A DNA stretch of 64,000 bases. Origin: Mustelus asterias. Its lineage: Eukaryota. Shown here in pieces: positions 1-13,138 of this stretch (position 1 is the stretch's first letter; each line of letters starts with the position of its first letter). The DNA lies in the NCBI RefSeq assembly GCF_964213995.1, contig NC_135809.1:109368001-109432000 (forward strand), written 5' to 3'. The notes under the pieces were generated by a model that worked only from the letters and a program-made list of their open reading frames with translations, made no database searches and was not told where the DNA came from. The position numbers and the translations under genes were made by a program.

Positions 1-204
1 GCAGACAAGGGTCCCACAATAGAAATCTCCATTGACCTCGGGCAGGATCTTCCACTCTCGCCCAAGAGGCCGGAAAATCCCGTCCCAGATTTCCCAGAGT
101 TTCTTGGTGATGAACTTTGGGCAAATGCAGTCTGGATGTCAAGGATGGTCACTCTCACTTTCCCTCAACTTCAATTCTGCTATTCATGCTTGGACCGAGG
201 CTGT

Positions 205-438
205 TGAAATATCTCCTCGGAGGCCGGCGTCTCTTCACCAGATTCCCCTTTACTTACAAACTCTATTTCATTCATAGAGTGCCTCTGGCACACAATCAGA
301 ATCCGGAGTGCCAGAATACCTGACACCCCCGGTTTTATACACACATGAGACTCTCTGATTGGGCAGACAATTCTGACCTCAATCAGGGAGTTCCTACTCC
401 AAAAGGCCAACCTCCTGTGCCTTATTGAAGTAATTATA
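205..438. mobile_element. Small LTR-like insertion within a LINE remnant
   Basis: Interrupts a LINE-like sequence; GCTGT repeated at 200-204 and 439-443; starts TG; TATAAAA on the minus strand. Confidence 0.3.
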
Positions 439-439
439 G

Positions 440-725
440 CTGTAATGCAGTCGGGAGCGGAGTATCCCCAGTAGAACCCAAACTGAGCATCAGTGAGCAA
501 GTTTTTGCGGGTGAAGTGGTGCTTCATAGCACTGACCACAACACTTTCCATTACTTTGCTGATCTTTGAGGGTAGACTGGGGCAGTAATTGACTGGGTTG
601 GATTTGTCCTGTTTTTGTGGATAGAACTTAACTGGGCAATTTATCACATTGACATCCATGCCAGAATTGTTGTTATACTGAGTAGCTTGGCTAGGGACAT
701 GGCAAATTGTGGAGCACCAGTCTTC
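440..725 (-). mobile_element. LINE (CR1/L2-group) RT fragment
   Basis: ORF 180-659 contains SKISKVMESVV...LTDAQFGF, typical RT domain 1-2 motifs. Confidence 0.7.
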
Positions 726-726
726 A

Positions 727-1035
727 GGGAGGTGGTGGCAGTGGTATTGTCACTTGACTAGTAATCTGAACACCCAGGGTCAATGTTCTGGGGACCTGGG
801 TTTGAATCCCACTATAGCTGAGTGGAATTTAAAAATGAAATAAAAGTAACTGGAATTAGAAGTCCAAAAATGACCATAAAAACATTGTCATAAAAACCCA
901 TTTGGTTCACTAATGTCGTTTAGGGAAGGAAACCTGCCATCCTTACCTGGTCTGGCCTACATGTGACTTCAGATCCACAGCAATGTGGTTGACTCTTAAA
1001 TGCCCAGTGAAAAGGCCAAGCAAGCCACTCAGTTG
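727..1035 (+). mobile_element. tRNA-derived SINE (Leu-tRNA-like head; family name uncertain)
   Basis: A/B-box-like GGCAGTGGTATT...GGGTTTGAATCCC; same body recurs at ~28915-29220 (+) and ~63590-63770 (-). Confidence 0.7.
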
Positions 1036-1460
1036 TATTTAACTTCTGCAAATGGAACAGAAGGAACAAAACCGGATGGACCACCCAGTATTGACCTAGG
1101 AACTGGAAATGACAATGGCAAAACCAGCCCTGTTGACTCTGCAAAGTCCTCCTTACTACCATCTGGGGGCTAGTGCCAAAATTGGGAAAGCTGTCTCTCA
1201 GACTCGTAGAGCAACAGCCTGACATGGTCATTCTCAAAGAATCATACCTTACAGCGGTGTCTTAGACACCCCTATCACCAATTCTGGGTATGTCCTATCA
1301 GGACAGGACAGACCCACCAGAGGTGACAACGTGTCTGTATACAGTCGGGAAGGAATTGCCCTGGGAATCCTCAACACAGCCTCCTGACCTCATGTAGTTT
1401 CATGGCATCAGGTCAAACATGGACAAGGAAACCTCCCAACATGACCACCCCCTCCCCATC
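1036..1460 (+). mobile_element. LINE ORF2 APE endonuclease fragment directly following the SINE body
   Basis: Translates to IWGLVPKLGKLSLRLVEQQPDMVILKESYL, an APE domain I/II motif. Confidence 0.65.
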
Positions 1461-1544
1461 TCTGGTGTTGAATCAGCAAAGCCTATTGTCTTCATCTTTA
1501 CAATGACTGTGTGGGGGTCACTCCTACAAATAGTGTCTCTTTTA

Positions 1545-2900
1545 AAATTCATTTATTGGACACGGGCGTCGCTGGCTGGTCAGCATTTATTGCCCATCCC
1601 TAATTGCCCTTGAAGGTGGTGGTGAGCTGCCTTCTTGAATCGCTGCAGTTCATGTGCTGTACATTGACCCACAATGCCATTAGGGAGGGAATTCCAGGAT
1701 TTTGACCCAGTGACTGCAAAGGAACAGCGACATATTTCCAAGTCAGGATGGTGAGTGGCTTGGAGTGGAACTTGCAGGTTCCCATGTATCTGCTGCTCTT
1801 GTCCTTCTGGATGGAAGTGGCCATGGGTTTGGAAGATGCTGTCTAAGGATCTTTGGTGAATTGCTGCAGTGCATCTTGTAGATAGTACACACTGCTACTA
1901 CTGAGCGTCGGTGGTGGAGAGATTCAATGTTTATCGATGTGGTGCCAATTAAGCGGACTGCTTTGTCCTGGATGGTGTCAAGCTTCTTCAGTGTTGTTGG
2001 AGTTGCACCCATCCAAGCAAGTGGGGAGTATTCCATCACACTCCTGACTTGTGCCTTGTAGATGGTGGATAGGCTTAGGGGGGTCAGTAGGGGGGTCAGG
2101 AGGTGAGTTACTCGTCACAGTATTCTTAGCCTCTGACTTGCTCTTGTAGCTACTGTGTTTGTTTATGTGGTGAGTCCAGTTCAGTTACTGGTCAATGGTA
2201 ACCCCAAGAATGTTGACAGTGGGGGAATCAGTAATGATAACACCATTGCATGTCAAAGGACGGTGGTTAGAGTGTCGCTTATTGGTGATGGTCATTGCCT
2301 GGCATTTGTGTGGCACGAATGTTACTTGCCACTTGTCAGCCCAAGCCTGGATATTGTCCAGATCTTGTTGCATTTAACCATGGACTGCTTCAGTATCTGA
2401 GGAGTCGTGAATGATGCTGGACACAATCATCGATGAACATCCCCACTTCTGACCTTATGATGGAGGGAAGGTCAGAGCAGCTGAAGATTGTTGGGCCTAG
2501 GACACTACCCTGACGAGCTCCTGCAGAGATGTCCTGGAGCTGGGGTTACTGACCCTCCACAACCATCTTATGCACCAGGTATGACTCTAACCTGTGGAGT
2601 GTTTGCCCCCTGATACCCATTGATTCCAGTTTGGCTAGGGCATCCTTGATGCCACACTTTGGACAGAGACATCTGTTACAGGTGGATTGGTGAGAGGTCA
2701 AGAAGTTGTTTTCTCCCTCGTTGGTTATCTCATCACCTGCTGCTGACTCAGTCTAGCAGCTATGTCTTTACTGACTGAGCAAGCCAAATGCTGAGTGATG
2801 ATACCGAGCCACTTTTGATGATGGTCATGGAACTCCATCAGCCAGAGTATCATGTGCGCTTCTAGCCTTCAGTGCATCTTTCAGTTGATTTCTTATCAAT
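1545..2900 (-). mobile_element. LINE (CR1/L2-group) 3' part, degenerate
   Basis: ORFs MQQDLDNIQAWADKWQVTFVPHKCQ and MEYSPLAWMGA; 3' tail shared with copies at ~16805 and ~54950. Confidence 0.8.
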
Positions 2901-3091
2901 TCAACAACTTAGGTGGGGACGGGGGTGGTCACGGTGGAAGGTTTGCTCAATCCATTGCCCAGGACTTTGCCTATATAGATAGTCAGGAAGAGGTTCAAGC
3001 AGTGGGCTCAGCTTCAGCCTTGGACTGGGAGTTAGTCAGAGCACTGCCCTGGGTTGGGGGTGAGATGGAATTGAGACAGGGGTTAAGAAAG

Positions 3092-3113
3092 GAGAGAGAG
3101 AGAGAGAGAGAGA
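3092..3113. repeat. (GA)n microsatellite
   Basis: gagagagagagagagagagaga. Confidence 0.9.
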
Positions 3114-3244
3114 CAAACAGAATGGGAAAGGAGACAGAGACAGTGTGCAAAAGGTAAGCAAGCAAAGAGTTGATCTGCGTTTCAGTGGGTGAGACATGGA
3201 AGCTGTGTTACCCAGGGTTTGTTTGGTTGATTTAGTGTTATTTC

Positions 3245-3430
3245 TGGTTTTCTCCCACACTCCAAAAGGTGTGTAGGTTAGCTTGTTTGGCCATGCTAAA
3301 TTGCCCTTTAGTGCCAGGGAGATTAGCAGAGTAAATACGTGGAGTTCTGGGGATAAGACCTGAGTGTGATTGTTGTTGGTACAGGCTCGATAGGCTAAAT
3401 GGCCTCCTTTTGCACTGTAGTGATTCTAAT
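3245..3430 (+). mobile_element. HE1-type SINE, 3' fragment
   Basis: Matches the 3' half of the full copy at 26663-27008. Confidence 0.75.
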
Positions 3431-3458
3431 TTGATTTTGTACAATATTTCTGTTCTAT

Positions 3459-3661
3459 TCAGTGATTTATTTTATTTTTCAAATAATTCCAGCTGGGAAT
3501 GCACAGCACTACACGTATGGTAAAGCTTCTCACCCAGAAAAACCAAACTCCAGCTTGAACATTGTGAGAATCATGGGTTCCCATAGGAATCAAGGTTGTT
3601 TCACAGTCGGAATTTTCAGGAATGCAACCATTAAGTGGGATCTCACGGTATTCATTGTTCT
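3459..3661 (-). CDS. Candidate terminal exon of gene A (B7-H6-like)
   Basis: CAG acceptor at 3664-3662, phase-1 compatible; 67-aa open frame (E)NNEYREIPLNGCIPENSDCETTLIPMG...WNYLKNKINH*; AATAAA twice near the stop. Weak polypyrimidine tract and no recognised homology. Confidence 0.3.
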
Positions 3662-4001
3662 CTGAATCAATTTGAGAATATTGGAAATTAAGTCACCATA
3701 TCTGGGCACAAACAAATTTCACTGTACAGATTATTTGAAGATAACACTGTTTAACTAGTGTTGACAGCAGTTTAATAAAATTCCAACATGTGGTACTATT
3801 AAACGCAGATAAATTTTGTCTGGTTAATTTGAATAATTATTGCATACAATAGTCATTTAATTGTGGAATAATAAAGGATGAATTCCTGATTTAAGTCAGA
3901 TGCAAATTGAAGTAGAAATCCAATGGTAATAAATCGGCTTAAATGTTTGTAAGCTTTAATAAAAACGCACTGAAAAATCTTTTGCAAAGAAAGGAACATA
4001 C

Positions 4002-4331
4002 CTTCCACTGTGAGTGTACTTTCTTGTGAAATGCCATCAGGACGAGCTGACCGGTGAGTCACAAAACATCTGTACACATCTCCATCATCATCCAATGTTG
4101 GTACAATTGTTATTCTGCTGGAAACACTGAAGGTTCCATTATTATTGAGAATTGTGGCTGTGGTCCAGATATCTGTTAGGTTTTTTGGTTCCTTAGATCC
4201 TTTGTTTGGGATCTTTTGCCAGATGAGTCCATGCTGCTTCGGGTAAAATCCTGTAACATCACAATTCAAGGTTCCCTCAGATCCAATCAAAATGTTGATG
4301 TGTTCTTTGGATAAACTGACCACTGGTCGAG
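4002..4331 (-). CDS. NCR3LG1: Gene A IgC1 exon, B7-H6/NCR3LG1-like
   Basis: tttaatgcag| acceptor, |gtatgt donor, phase 1/1; CDVTGFYP...W...NNNGTFSVSS...DGDVYRCFVTH C1-set motifs. Confidence 0.88.
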
Positions 4332-4669
4332 CTGCATTAAAGACAAATGTGGGAATAGGTCAGATAGGTATAAGGCATTCCCAGAAAGATCTAAACCCAG
4401 GTCTAAGTTATTCCATACAACCATGTACCAAAAACAACACTTTGTCTCTCTTCAGCTATTCCATTCATACAGGTTTCTACAAGATGGTGCACAATTATAC
4501 CCAGAGTAAATTAATCTCAAATTTGGATGGAAACATTCCAGATTCATCCGTCACCAACAAGGATGGGGAGAAATTGGAGAAGAGGGATAAAACATCTTTA
4601 CCTAATCTCTAAAAGGAGGAAAAGAAAGTGGAAGAAAAAAATAGATGCAGTCTATAAATCACCTTTTAA

Positions 4670-5050
4670 AAATCAAAGATCATCCCAAAGATTTTTACAA
4701 TCAATTAAGTACTTTTGAAGTGTAACTGTTGTCATGTAGGAATCATGGCAGTCAATTTTCACACAGCCAGCAAACAATGTGATTGACAATGACCAGAAGA
4801 TCAGTTTTCTTAAAGGTAACTCTCCCACTCTTCTCAGGTGGATTTAAAAGATGGGACAACACTATCTCCGAGAGATCGACAGGGCCTTCGTTTAGTATCT
4901 CATCGAGACACCACACCTCTGACAGTACAGAACTCCCTCAGTGATGCACAATGCAGTATCAGCTTTTAATTGTTTGATTTAAGTTCTGGAGTGGGACACG
5001 AAACCACAAGCTTCTGACAAAGATAAAAGTGCTCAAATGAGTCTGAATTA
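4670..5050 (-). mobile_element. Deu-domain SINE (SacSINE1/AmnSINE1-like), old
   Basis: aagtacttttgaagtgt...gggccttcgtttagtatctcatc...ctggagtgggacacgaaaccac resembles the reverse complement of a Deu domain plus tRNA head. Confidence 0.6.
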
Positions 5051-5289
5051 ACACATGTAAGATGCTTTGGTAGGAAATACCAAAAGAAAAGGATTTGGAT
5101 TATTGAAGGAATGCTGGAATTGGGGAGGCCACTGCCAAAGGAATGGTGTATTCTGGATGGGGTTAGTAAAGCCTGGAGGAGGTTACAGGGATATGGAAGG
5201 CCAAGATTACAAAGGGGTTTATTAAACAATTTAAAATTTAGGAACCATAGTTTATAATTATTTGTAGCACAATGCTTTTTTTTGAAATG

Positions 5290-5604
5290 TAAGAGGAGCA
5301 GGAGGAGACGATCCGGCCTGTCGAGCACCCTCCGCCATCTAATATGATCATAGCTGAAGCTCCTTCAACTTAACTGTCTTACCCACGCCTCGTATCTTTG
5401 TTCCCTGAGACACCAAAACTCTGTGCACCTCAACGTATTCAATGATGGAGCATCACAACTCTCTGGGGTAGGGAGTTCCAAAGGTCCACAACCCTTTGAA
5501 TGAAGAAATCTCTCCTCATCTCTGTTCTAAATAATCGCCCTTTTACCCAAGATTGTACCCCCCCCCCCGTTCCCAAATCCCCAACCAGGGGAAAGAAAAC
5601 TGTG
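5290..5604 (-). mobile_element. CR1 LINE 3' end; host element that resumes at ~7812-8960
   Basis: FRTEMRRDFFIQRVVDLWNSLP, the CR1 C-terminal motif. Confidence 0.75.
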
Positions 5605-7811
5605 TCAATTCTGCCAAGCTTAAACAAAGGAGACTACAAAGGGATGAGGGAGGAGTTGGCTAAGGTAGACTGGGAGCAAAAACTTTATGGTGGGACAATT
5701 GAGGAATAGTGGAGGACTTTCAAAGCGATCTTTCACAGTGCTCAGCAAACTTATATACCAGTGATAAGGAAAGACTGTAGAAAAAGAGATGATCAGCCAT
5801 GGATATCTAAGGAAATAAAGGAGGGTATCAAATTTGAAAGAAAATGCATACAAAGTGGCAAAGATTAGTGGCAACCTAGAGGATTGGGAAATCTTTAAAG
5901 GTCAACAGAAAGTCATGAAGAAAGCTATAAAGAAAAGGAAGATGGATTATGAGAGTAAACTAGCTCAGAATATAAAAACAGCAAAGGTTTCTACAAATAT
6001 ATAAAACAAAAAAGAGTGGCGGAAGTAAACATTGGTCCTTTAGAGGATGAGAAGGGGGATGTAATAACTGGAAATGAGAAAATGGCTGAGGTATTGAACA
6101 GGTATTTTGTGTCGGTCTTCACAGTGGAAGACACAAATAACATGCCAAAAATTGATGACAGGAAGGCTATGGCAGGTGAGGACCTAGAAACTATTATCAC
6201 GAAAGAGGAAGTGTTGGGCAAATTAAAGGGGCTAAATGTAGACAAGTCTTCTGGTCCTGATGGAATGCATCACAGGGTACTTAAAGAGATGGCGGGAGAA
6301 ATAGCAAATGCACCAGTGGTAATTTACCAAAATTCGCTGGACTCTGGGGTGGTTCCCATAGATTGGAAAACAGCAAATGTGACGCCACTGTTTTTAAAAA
6401 AAGAGGTAGACAAAAGGCAGGTAACTATACGCCAGTTAGTTTAACTTCTGTAGTAGGGAAAATGCTTGAATCTATCCAGGAAGAAATAGCGAGACATCTG
6501 GATATAAATTGTCCCATTGGTAAGACGCAGCATTGGTTCATGAAGGGAAGGTCACGTTTGACTAATTTGGTGGAATTCTTTAAGAACATTACATGTGCAG
6601 TGGATAATGGGGAACCTGTGGGTGTGTTGTATCTAGATTTTCAGAAGGCATTTGACGAGGTGCCAGACCAAAGACTGCTACATAAGATAAAGGTGCACGG
6701 TGTTACGGGTAATGCATGGATAAAGGATTGGTTAACTAACAAAAAGCAAAGAGTGGGGGTAAATGGATGTTTTTCTGGTTGGCGATCAGTGACTAGTGGT
6801 GTGCCTCAGGGATCAGTGTTGGGATTGCAATTGTTTACGATTTACATAGATGATTTGGAGTTGGGGACCAAGTGTAGTGTGTCAAAATTCGCAGATGACA
6901 CTAAGATGGGTGGCAGAGCAAAGTGTGCAGAGGACGCTGAAAGTCTGCAAAAGAATATAGATAATCTAAGTGAGTGGGCGAGGGTCTGGCAGATGGAGTA
7001 CAATGTTAGTAAATGTGAGGTCATCCATTTTGGTAGGAATAACAGCAAAATGGACTATTATTTGAATGGTAAAAAATTGCAGCATGCTGCTGTGCAGAGG
7101 GACCTGGGTGTCCTTGTGCAAGACTTAAGGAGTTGGTTTGCAGGTGCAGCAGGTAATTAAGAAGGCAAATGGAATTTTGTCCTTTATTGCTTGAGGGATG
7201 GAGTTTAAAAACAGCAAGATTATGTTGCAGCTCTATAAGGTGTTTCTGAGGCCACACCTGGAGTACTGTGTACAGTTTTGGTCTCCTTACTTGAGAAAGG
7301 ATATACTGGCACTGGAGGTGCAGAGGAGATTCACTGAGTTGATTCTGGAGTTGAGGGGGTTGGCTTATGAGGAGAGACTGAGTAGACTGGGGCTATACTC
7401 ATTGGAATTCAGAAGAATGAGGGGAGATCTTATAGAAACATAAAAGATTATGAAGGGAATAGATAAGATAGAAGCAGGGAAGTTGTTTCCATTGGCAGGT
7501 GAAACTAGAACTAGGGGGCATGGCCTCAAAATAAGGGGAAGCAGATTTAGGACTGAGTTGAGAAGGAATCTCTTCACACAAAGGGTTGTGAATCTGTGGA
7601 ATTCTCTGCCCAGTGAAGCAGTTGAGGCTACCTCATTGAACGTTTTTAAGGCAAGGATAGATAAATTTTTGAACAGTAAAGGAATTAAGGGTTACGGTGA
7701 GCGGGTGGGTAAGTGGAGCTGAGTCCACAAAAAGATCAGCCATTATCTTATTGAATGGCGGAGCAGGCACGAGGGGCCAGATGGCCTACTCCTGTTCCTA
7801 GTTCTTATGTC
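5605..7811 (+). mobile_element. CR1 LINE, 5'-truncated and frameshifted, nested in an older minus-strand CR1
   Basis: RT motifs YLDFQKAFD, GVPQGSVLG, KFADDTK, PHLEYCVQFWSP; typical 3' UTR ending cctagttcttatgt. Confidence 0.92.
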
Positions 7812-7951
7812 TTTATTAAGTCCCTTCATAATCTTCAATGTTTCAATATCACCCTCTTGAGTTCTTGTATTTCCAGAGAATACAGACCTAATGTATTTAG
7901 CCTCACATCATAGGCAACCCTCTCATCATAGGGAACAATCAAGTGAACCCT

Positions 7952-8528
7952 TGTTGTTGCGGGCTTTGATGTTCAGCCTTTAAATTGATCACAACTTTGA
8001 TCCTTCAAGTAACCAGATCAAGTCACATAATTCCCTGAAACAGCTGTTTTCATTTCAAGCTATAGCAAGGACCCTGTGAAGTCATAGGTCACAGACTGTA
8101 TGTAGCCAGAATTCAGGAATACACAAGCAGTTATAGTTTTCAAATTCAATTACAAGTAATTAACATATTCCAATCGAGGTATAGGGGTTCTCTCTATCCA
8201 TTCACAGCTATTGATTAAGGTTTCATCACACATTAGATGCAGATATTAAAGCCAATCACAATCATTCATGCCTACTTAATTATAATATTCAATCAGTGTG
8301 AAGACTTGATCAATGTTAGCTGATGTCATTGTTACAAGTTATCATTGATGTCCCAGTTTGTGTCTGTGGATACCATTCCCTCTTCCCATGTCCAGATATC
8401 TGATTTAATTAATTCTCTCAGACTAAAGGCCTTGATGCTTATCTGTGTCGACTTTTATAAAGACTTCTGGTTTTTCTCATAGCAGCTTATGTGATTTTTA
8501 AACTCATGTGATTATTAACCCTTTCACA
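7952..8528 (-). mobile_element. LTR-like insertion in the minus-strand CR1
   Basis: Interrupts collinear CR1 sequence; TGT...ACA termini; TATAAAAG on the minus strand; TSD ambiguous. Confidence 0.4.
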
Positions 8529-8648
8529 TGCTGTCCCACCTCCAATGAAAGAAAATCATTCCTTAAGTACGGAGACCGAAACTGTTCAAAGTATTCCAAA
8601 GTACGATTGTGACAAGACTGTTATTCTTGTACTCCAATCTCCATGAAA

Positions 8649-8710
8649 TATCTTATTGAATGGCGGAGCAGGCACGAGGGGCCAGATGGCCTACTCCTGT
8701 TCCTAGTTCT
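8649..8710 (+). repeat. 62-bp exact copy of the CR1 3' end at 7744-7805, within a 13-bp target duplication
   Basis: Identical sequence; TCTCCATGAAATA at 8638-8650 and 8708-8720. Confidence 0.9.
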
Positions 8711-9339
8711 CCATGAAATAAAGGGCAACATGCTGTTTGCTTTCCTAACTGTTTACTGTATCTGCATGCTAGCTTTGTGTCACCTATACGAGTAAACTCA
8801 AGTCAAGTTTCATGCCTTTTAAAAAGCATGCATTCCAACCTAGCTCTATAAAATCAGCAAAGCTTTATACATTATTCACCATCTCTTTATCTAAGCCATC
8901 AACATAGATTGTAAATAGCTAAGGCCCCAACACTGATCCTTGCAGTTTTCCATAGTGACATTTTCTAAATCCTGGACAAGCAGGAAGTAGACAATATCTT
9001 CATGAAATAGAATTTTGAAAAGAATTGCTGCAGAAATTTGCCTTCAGTGAACACAGATTCTTCAGGGTTATGGAAAGAATGCACACTGAGTGAGTGAGAG
9101 TGGTGGTTAAAAAAACCCCCTCAGATATCCAATAGTATATCTAGCATAATATCAATTTCTTGAGTAACTTTTAAAAATTATGTTTCATAGTAACACTCTT
9201 GGAATTGTGTTCATAACTTACAATTTTTCCCCACTTGATTTATTCAATATTAGCAGTATTCTCATTGTTTGTCTTGGCTGCAGTTCCTTTGTAGCTGTGC
9301 GAGGACATTTCTTGTGCTGTGTATTACTTTTTCTCCTGT

Positions 9340-12300
9340 TAGGCCGCTTGACGGCTCTAGAACTGCAGATGGATTCACTTTGGAGCATCCGCAATGCCGA
9401 GGAAGTTGTGGATAGCACATTCAGTGAGCTGGTCACACCGCAGATAAAATTTACTGAGGGAGATAGGGAATGGGTGACGGCCAGACAGAGGAAGAATGGG
9501 AAGGGACTGCAGGGGTCCCTTGCGGTCATCTCCCTCCAAAAAGATATACCGTTTTAGATACTGAAGGGGGAGATAGCTCACAAGGGGAAGGTGGCAGCAG
9601 CCAGGTTCATGGCACCGTGGCTGCCTCTGCTACACAGGAGGGCAGAACAAAATAGTGGCAGAGCAATAGTGATAGGGGATTCAATTGTAAGGGGAATAGA
9701 CAGGCGTTTCTGTGGACACAAATGAGACTTCAGGATGGTATGTTGCCTCTCTGGTGCAAGGGTCAAAGATGTCTCGGAGCAGCTGCAGGGCATTCTGGAG
9801 GGGGAGGGTGAACAGCCAGCTGTCTTGGTGCATATAGGCACCCACAATATAGGTAAAAAACATGATTAGGTCCTACAAGCTGAATTTAGGAAATTAGGAG
9901 CTAAACTAAAAAGTAGAACCTCAAAAGGTAGTCATCTCAGGATTGCCTAGTGCCACGTGCTAGTCAGAGTAGGAATGTCAGGATAGCCAAGATGAATACG
10001 TGGCGTGAGGGATGGTTCAAGATGGAGGGATTCAAATTCCTGGGACATTGGAATCGGTTCTGGGGGAGGTGGGGCCAGTACAAATCGGATGGTCTGCACC
10101 TGGCAGGACTGGAACCAATGTCCTTGGGGGAGTGCTTGCCAGTGCTGTTGGGAAGGTTTTAAACAGATGTGGCAGGGGGATGGGAACCGATACAGGAAAC
10201 CAGAGGGAAGTAAAGTGGGGACAGAAACAAAAGGCAGTAAGGGGGAAAGTGGAAGGCAGAAAAACCAAAGACAAAAATCAAAAAGGTCCACATTACATCT
10301 TAATTCTAAGAGGGCAATAAATGCCTAAAAAACAAGCTTGAAGGCTCTGTCTCAATGCAAGGACCATTTGTAATAAGATGGATGAACTAACTGCGCAGGA
10401 AGTTATTAATGGATATGATGTAATTGGGATCACGGAGTCCTGGCTCCAGGGTGACCAGGGATGGGAACTCACCATCCAGGGGTATCCAATATTCAGGAAA
10501 GATAGACAGAAATGAAAGAGGGCTGGGGTTGTGTTGCTGGTTAAAGAGGAGATTAATACAATAGTAAGGAAGGACATTAGCCTGGACAATGTAGAATCTG
10601 TATGGGTGGAGCTGCCAAACAACAAAGGACCAAAAAACACCAGTGGGAGTTGTGTACAGACCACAAAGAGCAGTAGTGAGGTTGGGGATGGCATCAGGCA
10701 AGAAATTAGAGATGCGTGCAGTAAGGGTACAGCAGTTATGATGGGTGACTTTAATCTGCATATTGACTGGGCTCACCAAACTGCAATGGAGGAGCATTTC
10801 TTGGAACGTAAAAGGGATGGTTTTCTTGACAAATATGTCGGAGAACCAACTAGAGAGTAGGCCATTCTAGGCTGAGTATTGTGTAACGAGAGAGAATTAA
10901 TTAGCAACCTCGTGATGTGAGATCCTTTGGGGAAGAGTGACCATAATATGGTAGAATTCTCCATTCAGATGGAGAGTGACACAGTTAAGTCTGAGACTAG
11001 GTCCTGAACTTGAGGAAAGCTAACTTTGATGGTATGAGATGTGTATTGGTTAGGATAAGCTGGCAAAGGATACTTAAGGGGTTGACAGTGGATAGGCAAT
11101 GGCAGACATTTAAAGAACACATGAATGAACTTCAACAACTGTGCATCCCTGTCTGGTGTAAGAATAAAATGGGGAAGGCGGCTCATTCATGGCTAACAAG
11201 GGAAAGCAGGGATAGTTTTAAAGCCAAAGAGGAGACATATAAACTGGCCCGAAAAAGCAGAGTACTGAGAGAAATGTAAAATCCAGCACAGGAGTACAAA
11301 GGGTTTAATTCGAAAGGAGAAAATAGAAAATGAGAGTGGGCTTGCAGAAAACATAAAAACTGACTGTAAAAGCTTCTATAGACATGTGAAGACAAATACA
11401 GGTCCCTTACAGTTAGAATCAGGTGAATTCATAATGGGCAATAAAGAGATGGCAGACCAGCTGAACAAATACTTTGGATCTGTCTTCACTAAGGAGGACA
11501 CAAATAACCTTCCAGAAATACTAGGACAGAGGGTTTAGCATGAAGGGGGAACTGAAGGACATTCTTCTTAGTCAGGAAATTATATTGGGAAAATTGCTGG
11601 GATTAAAACCCAATAAGTCCTCAAGGCCTGCTGCTCTGCATCCCAGAGTACTCAAGGAAGTGGTCCTAGAAACAGTGGATGCATTGGTGATCATTTTCCA
11701 GCATTCATTTCCAGTGAATTGGAGGGTGGCTAACATAATCCCACTTTTTAAAAAAGGAGGGAGAGAGAAAATGGGGAAGTATAGGCCGGTTAGCCTGACA
11801 TCGGTGGTGGGGAAAATGCTGAAGTCAATTATTAAGGATGTAATGATTGAGCAGGATCGGCCCAAGTCAGCATGGATTCACTAAAGGGAAATTGTGCTTG
11901 ACAAATTTTCTGGAATTTTTTGACCAGTAGAGTGGACAAGGGTGAACCAGTGGATGTTGGGTATCTTGGACTTTCAGAACGCTTTTGATAAGGTCCCACA
12001 CAAGAGATTAGTGAGCAAAATTAAAGCTCATGGTATTGGGGGTAATGTATTGACATGGATAGAGAACTGGTTGGCAGACAGGAAGCAGAGAATGGGAATA
12101 AATGTGTCTTTTTCAGAGTGACAGGCAGTGACTAGAGGGATAATGCAGAGTTCAGTGCTGGGATCCCAGCTATTCACAATATACATTAATGATTTGGATG
12201 AAGGAACTGAATGCAATATCTCCAAATTTGCAGATGATTCTAAGCTGGGAGGCAGTGTGTGCTGTGAGGAGGATGCTCAGAGGCTGCAGGGTGACTCGGA

Positions 12301-13138
12301 CAGGCTGGCTGAGTGGGCAAGTACTTGGCAAATGCAATATAATGTGAATCAATGTGAGGATATCCACTTTGGTGGCAAAAACAGGAAGGAAGATTATGAT
12401 CTGAATGGTGACAGTTTAGGGAAAGGGGAAGTGCGACATGCCTTGGGTAACATGGTGGAACAGTTGCTGAAGGTTGGCATGCAGGTACAGTAGGTGGTGA
12501 GGAAAGCCTTCATAGCAAGAGGATTTGAGTATAGGAGTAAGGATGTCTTGCTGCAGTTATTCAGGGCCTTGGTGAGGCCACACCTTGAGTTTTATGTGCA
12601 GTTTTGGTCTCCTAGTCTGAGGAAGGACATTCTTGCCATTGAGGGAGTCCAGCGAAGGTTCACTAGACTGATTCCTGGAATGGCAAGGCTGACATCGGAA
12701 GAGAGACTGGATCGACTAGGCTTGTACTCACTGGAATTTAAAAGAATGAGAGGGGATCTCATAGAAACATATAAAATCCTGATGGAACTGGACAGGCAAA
12801 ATGTGGGAAGGATGTTCCCGATGTTGGGGGTGCAGAATTAGGGGTCACAGTCTAAGAATAAGGGGTGAGCCATTCAGGACTGAGATGAGAAAGATCTTCT
12901 TCACTCATAGTTGTGAACCTGTGGAATTCTCTAGCACAGAAAGCTGTTGGGGCCAGTTCGTTAGAGATGTTCAAGAGGGAACTGGACATGGCCCTTGCGG
13001 CTAAAGAGATCAAGGGGTATGGAGAGAAAGCGGGAGTGTGATACTGAAAGTGCATGATCAACCATGATCATATTGAAAGGTGGTGCAGGTTCAAAGGGCC
13101 GAATGGCCTACTCCTGCACCTATTTTCTATGTTTTCTG
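9340..13138 (+). mobile_element. Near full-length degenerate CR1 LINE (ORF1 esterase-like region, ORF2 APE-RT)
   Basis: ORF1 IVIGDSIVRG/DGLHL motifs; MGDFNLHIDW (APE); KFADDSK and QFWSP (RT); CR1 3' tail. Confidence 0.92.

Noticed and set aside
3853-4001. ORF extensions past splice donors (also after 14080, 48073, 52988, 56455, 60479)
   Set aside because: Intronic read-through beyond good GT donors; no evidence for intron retention.
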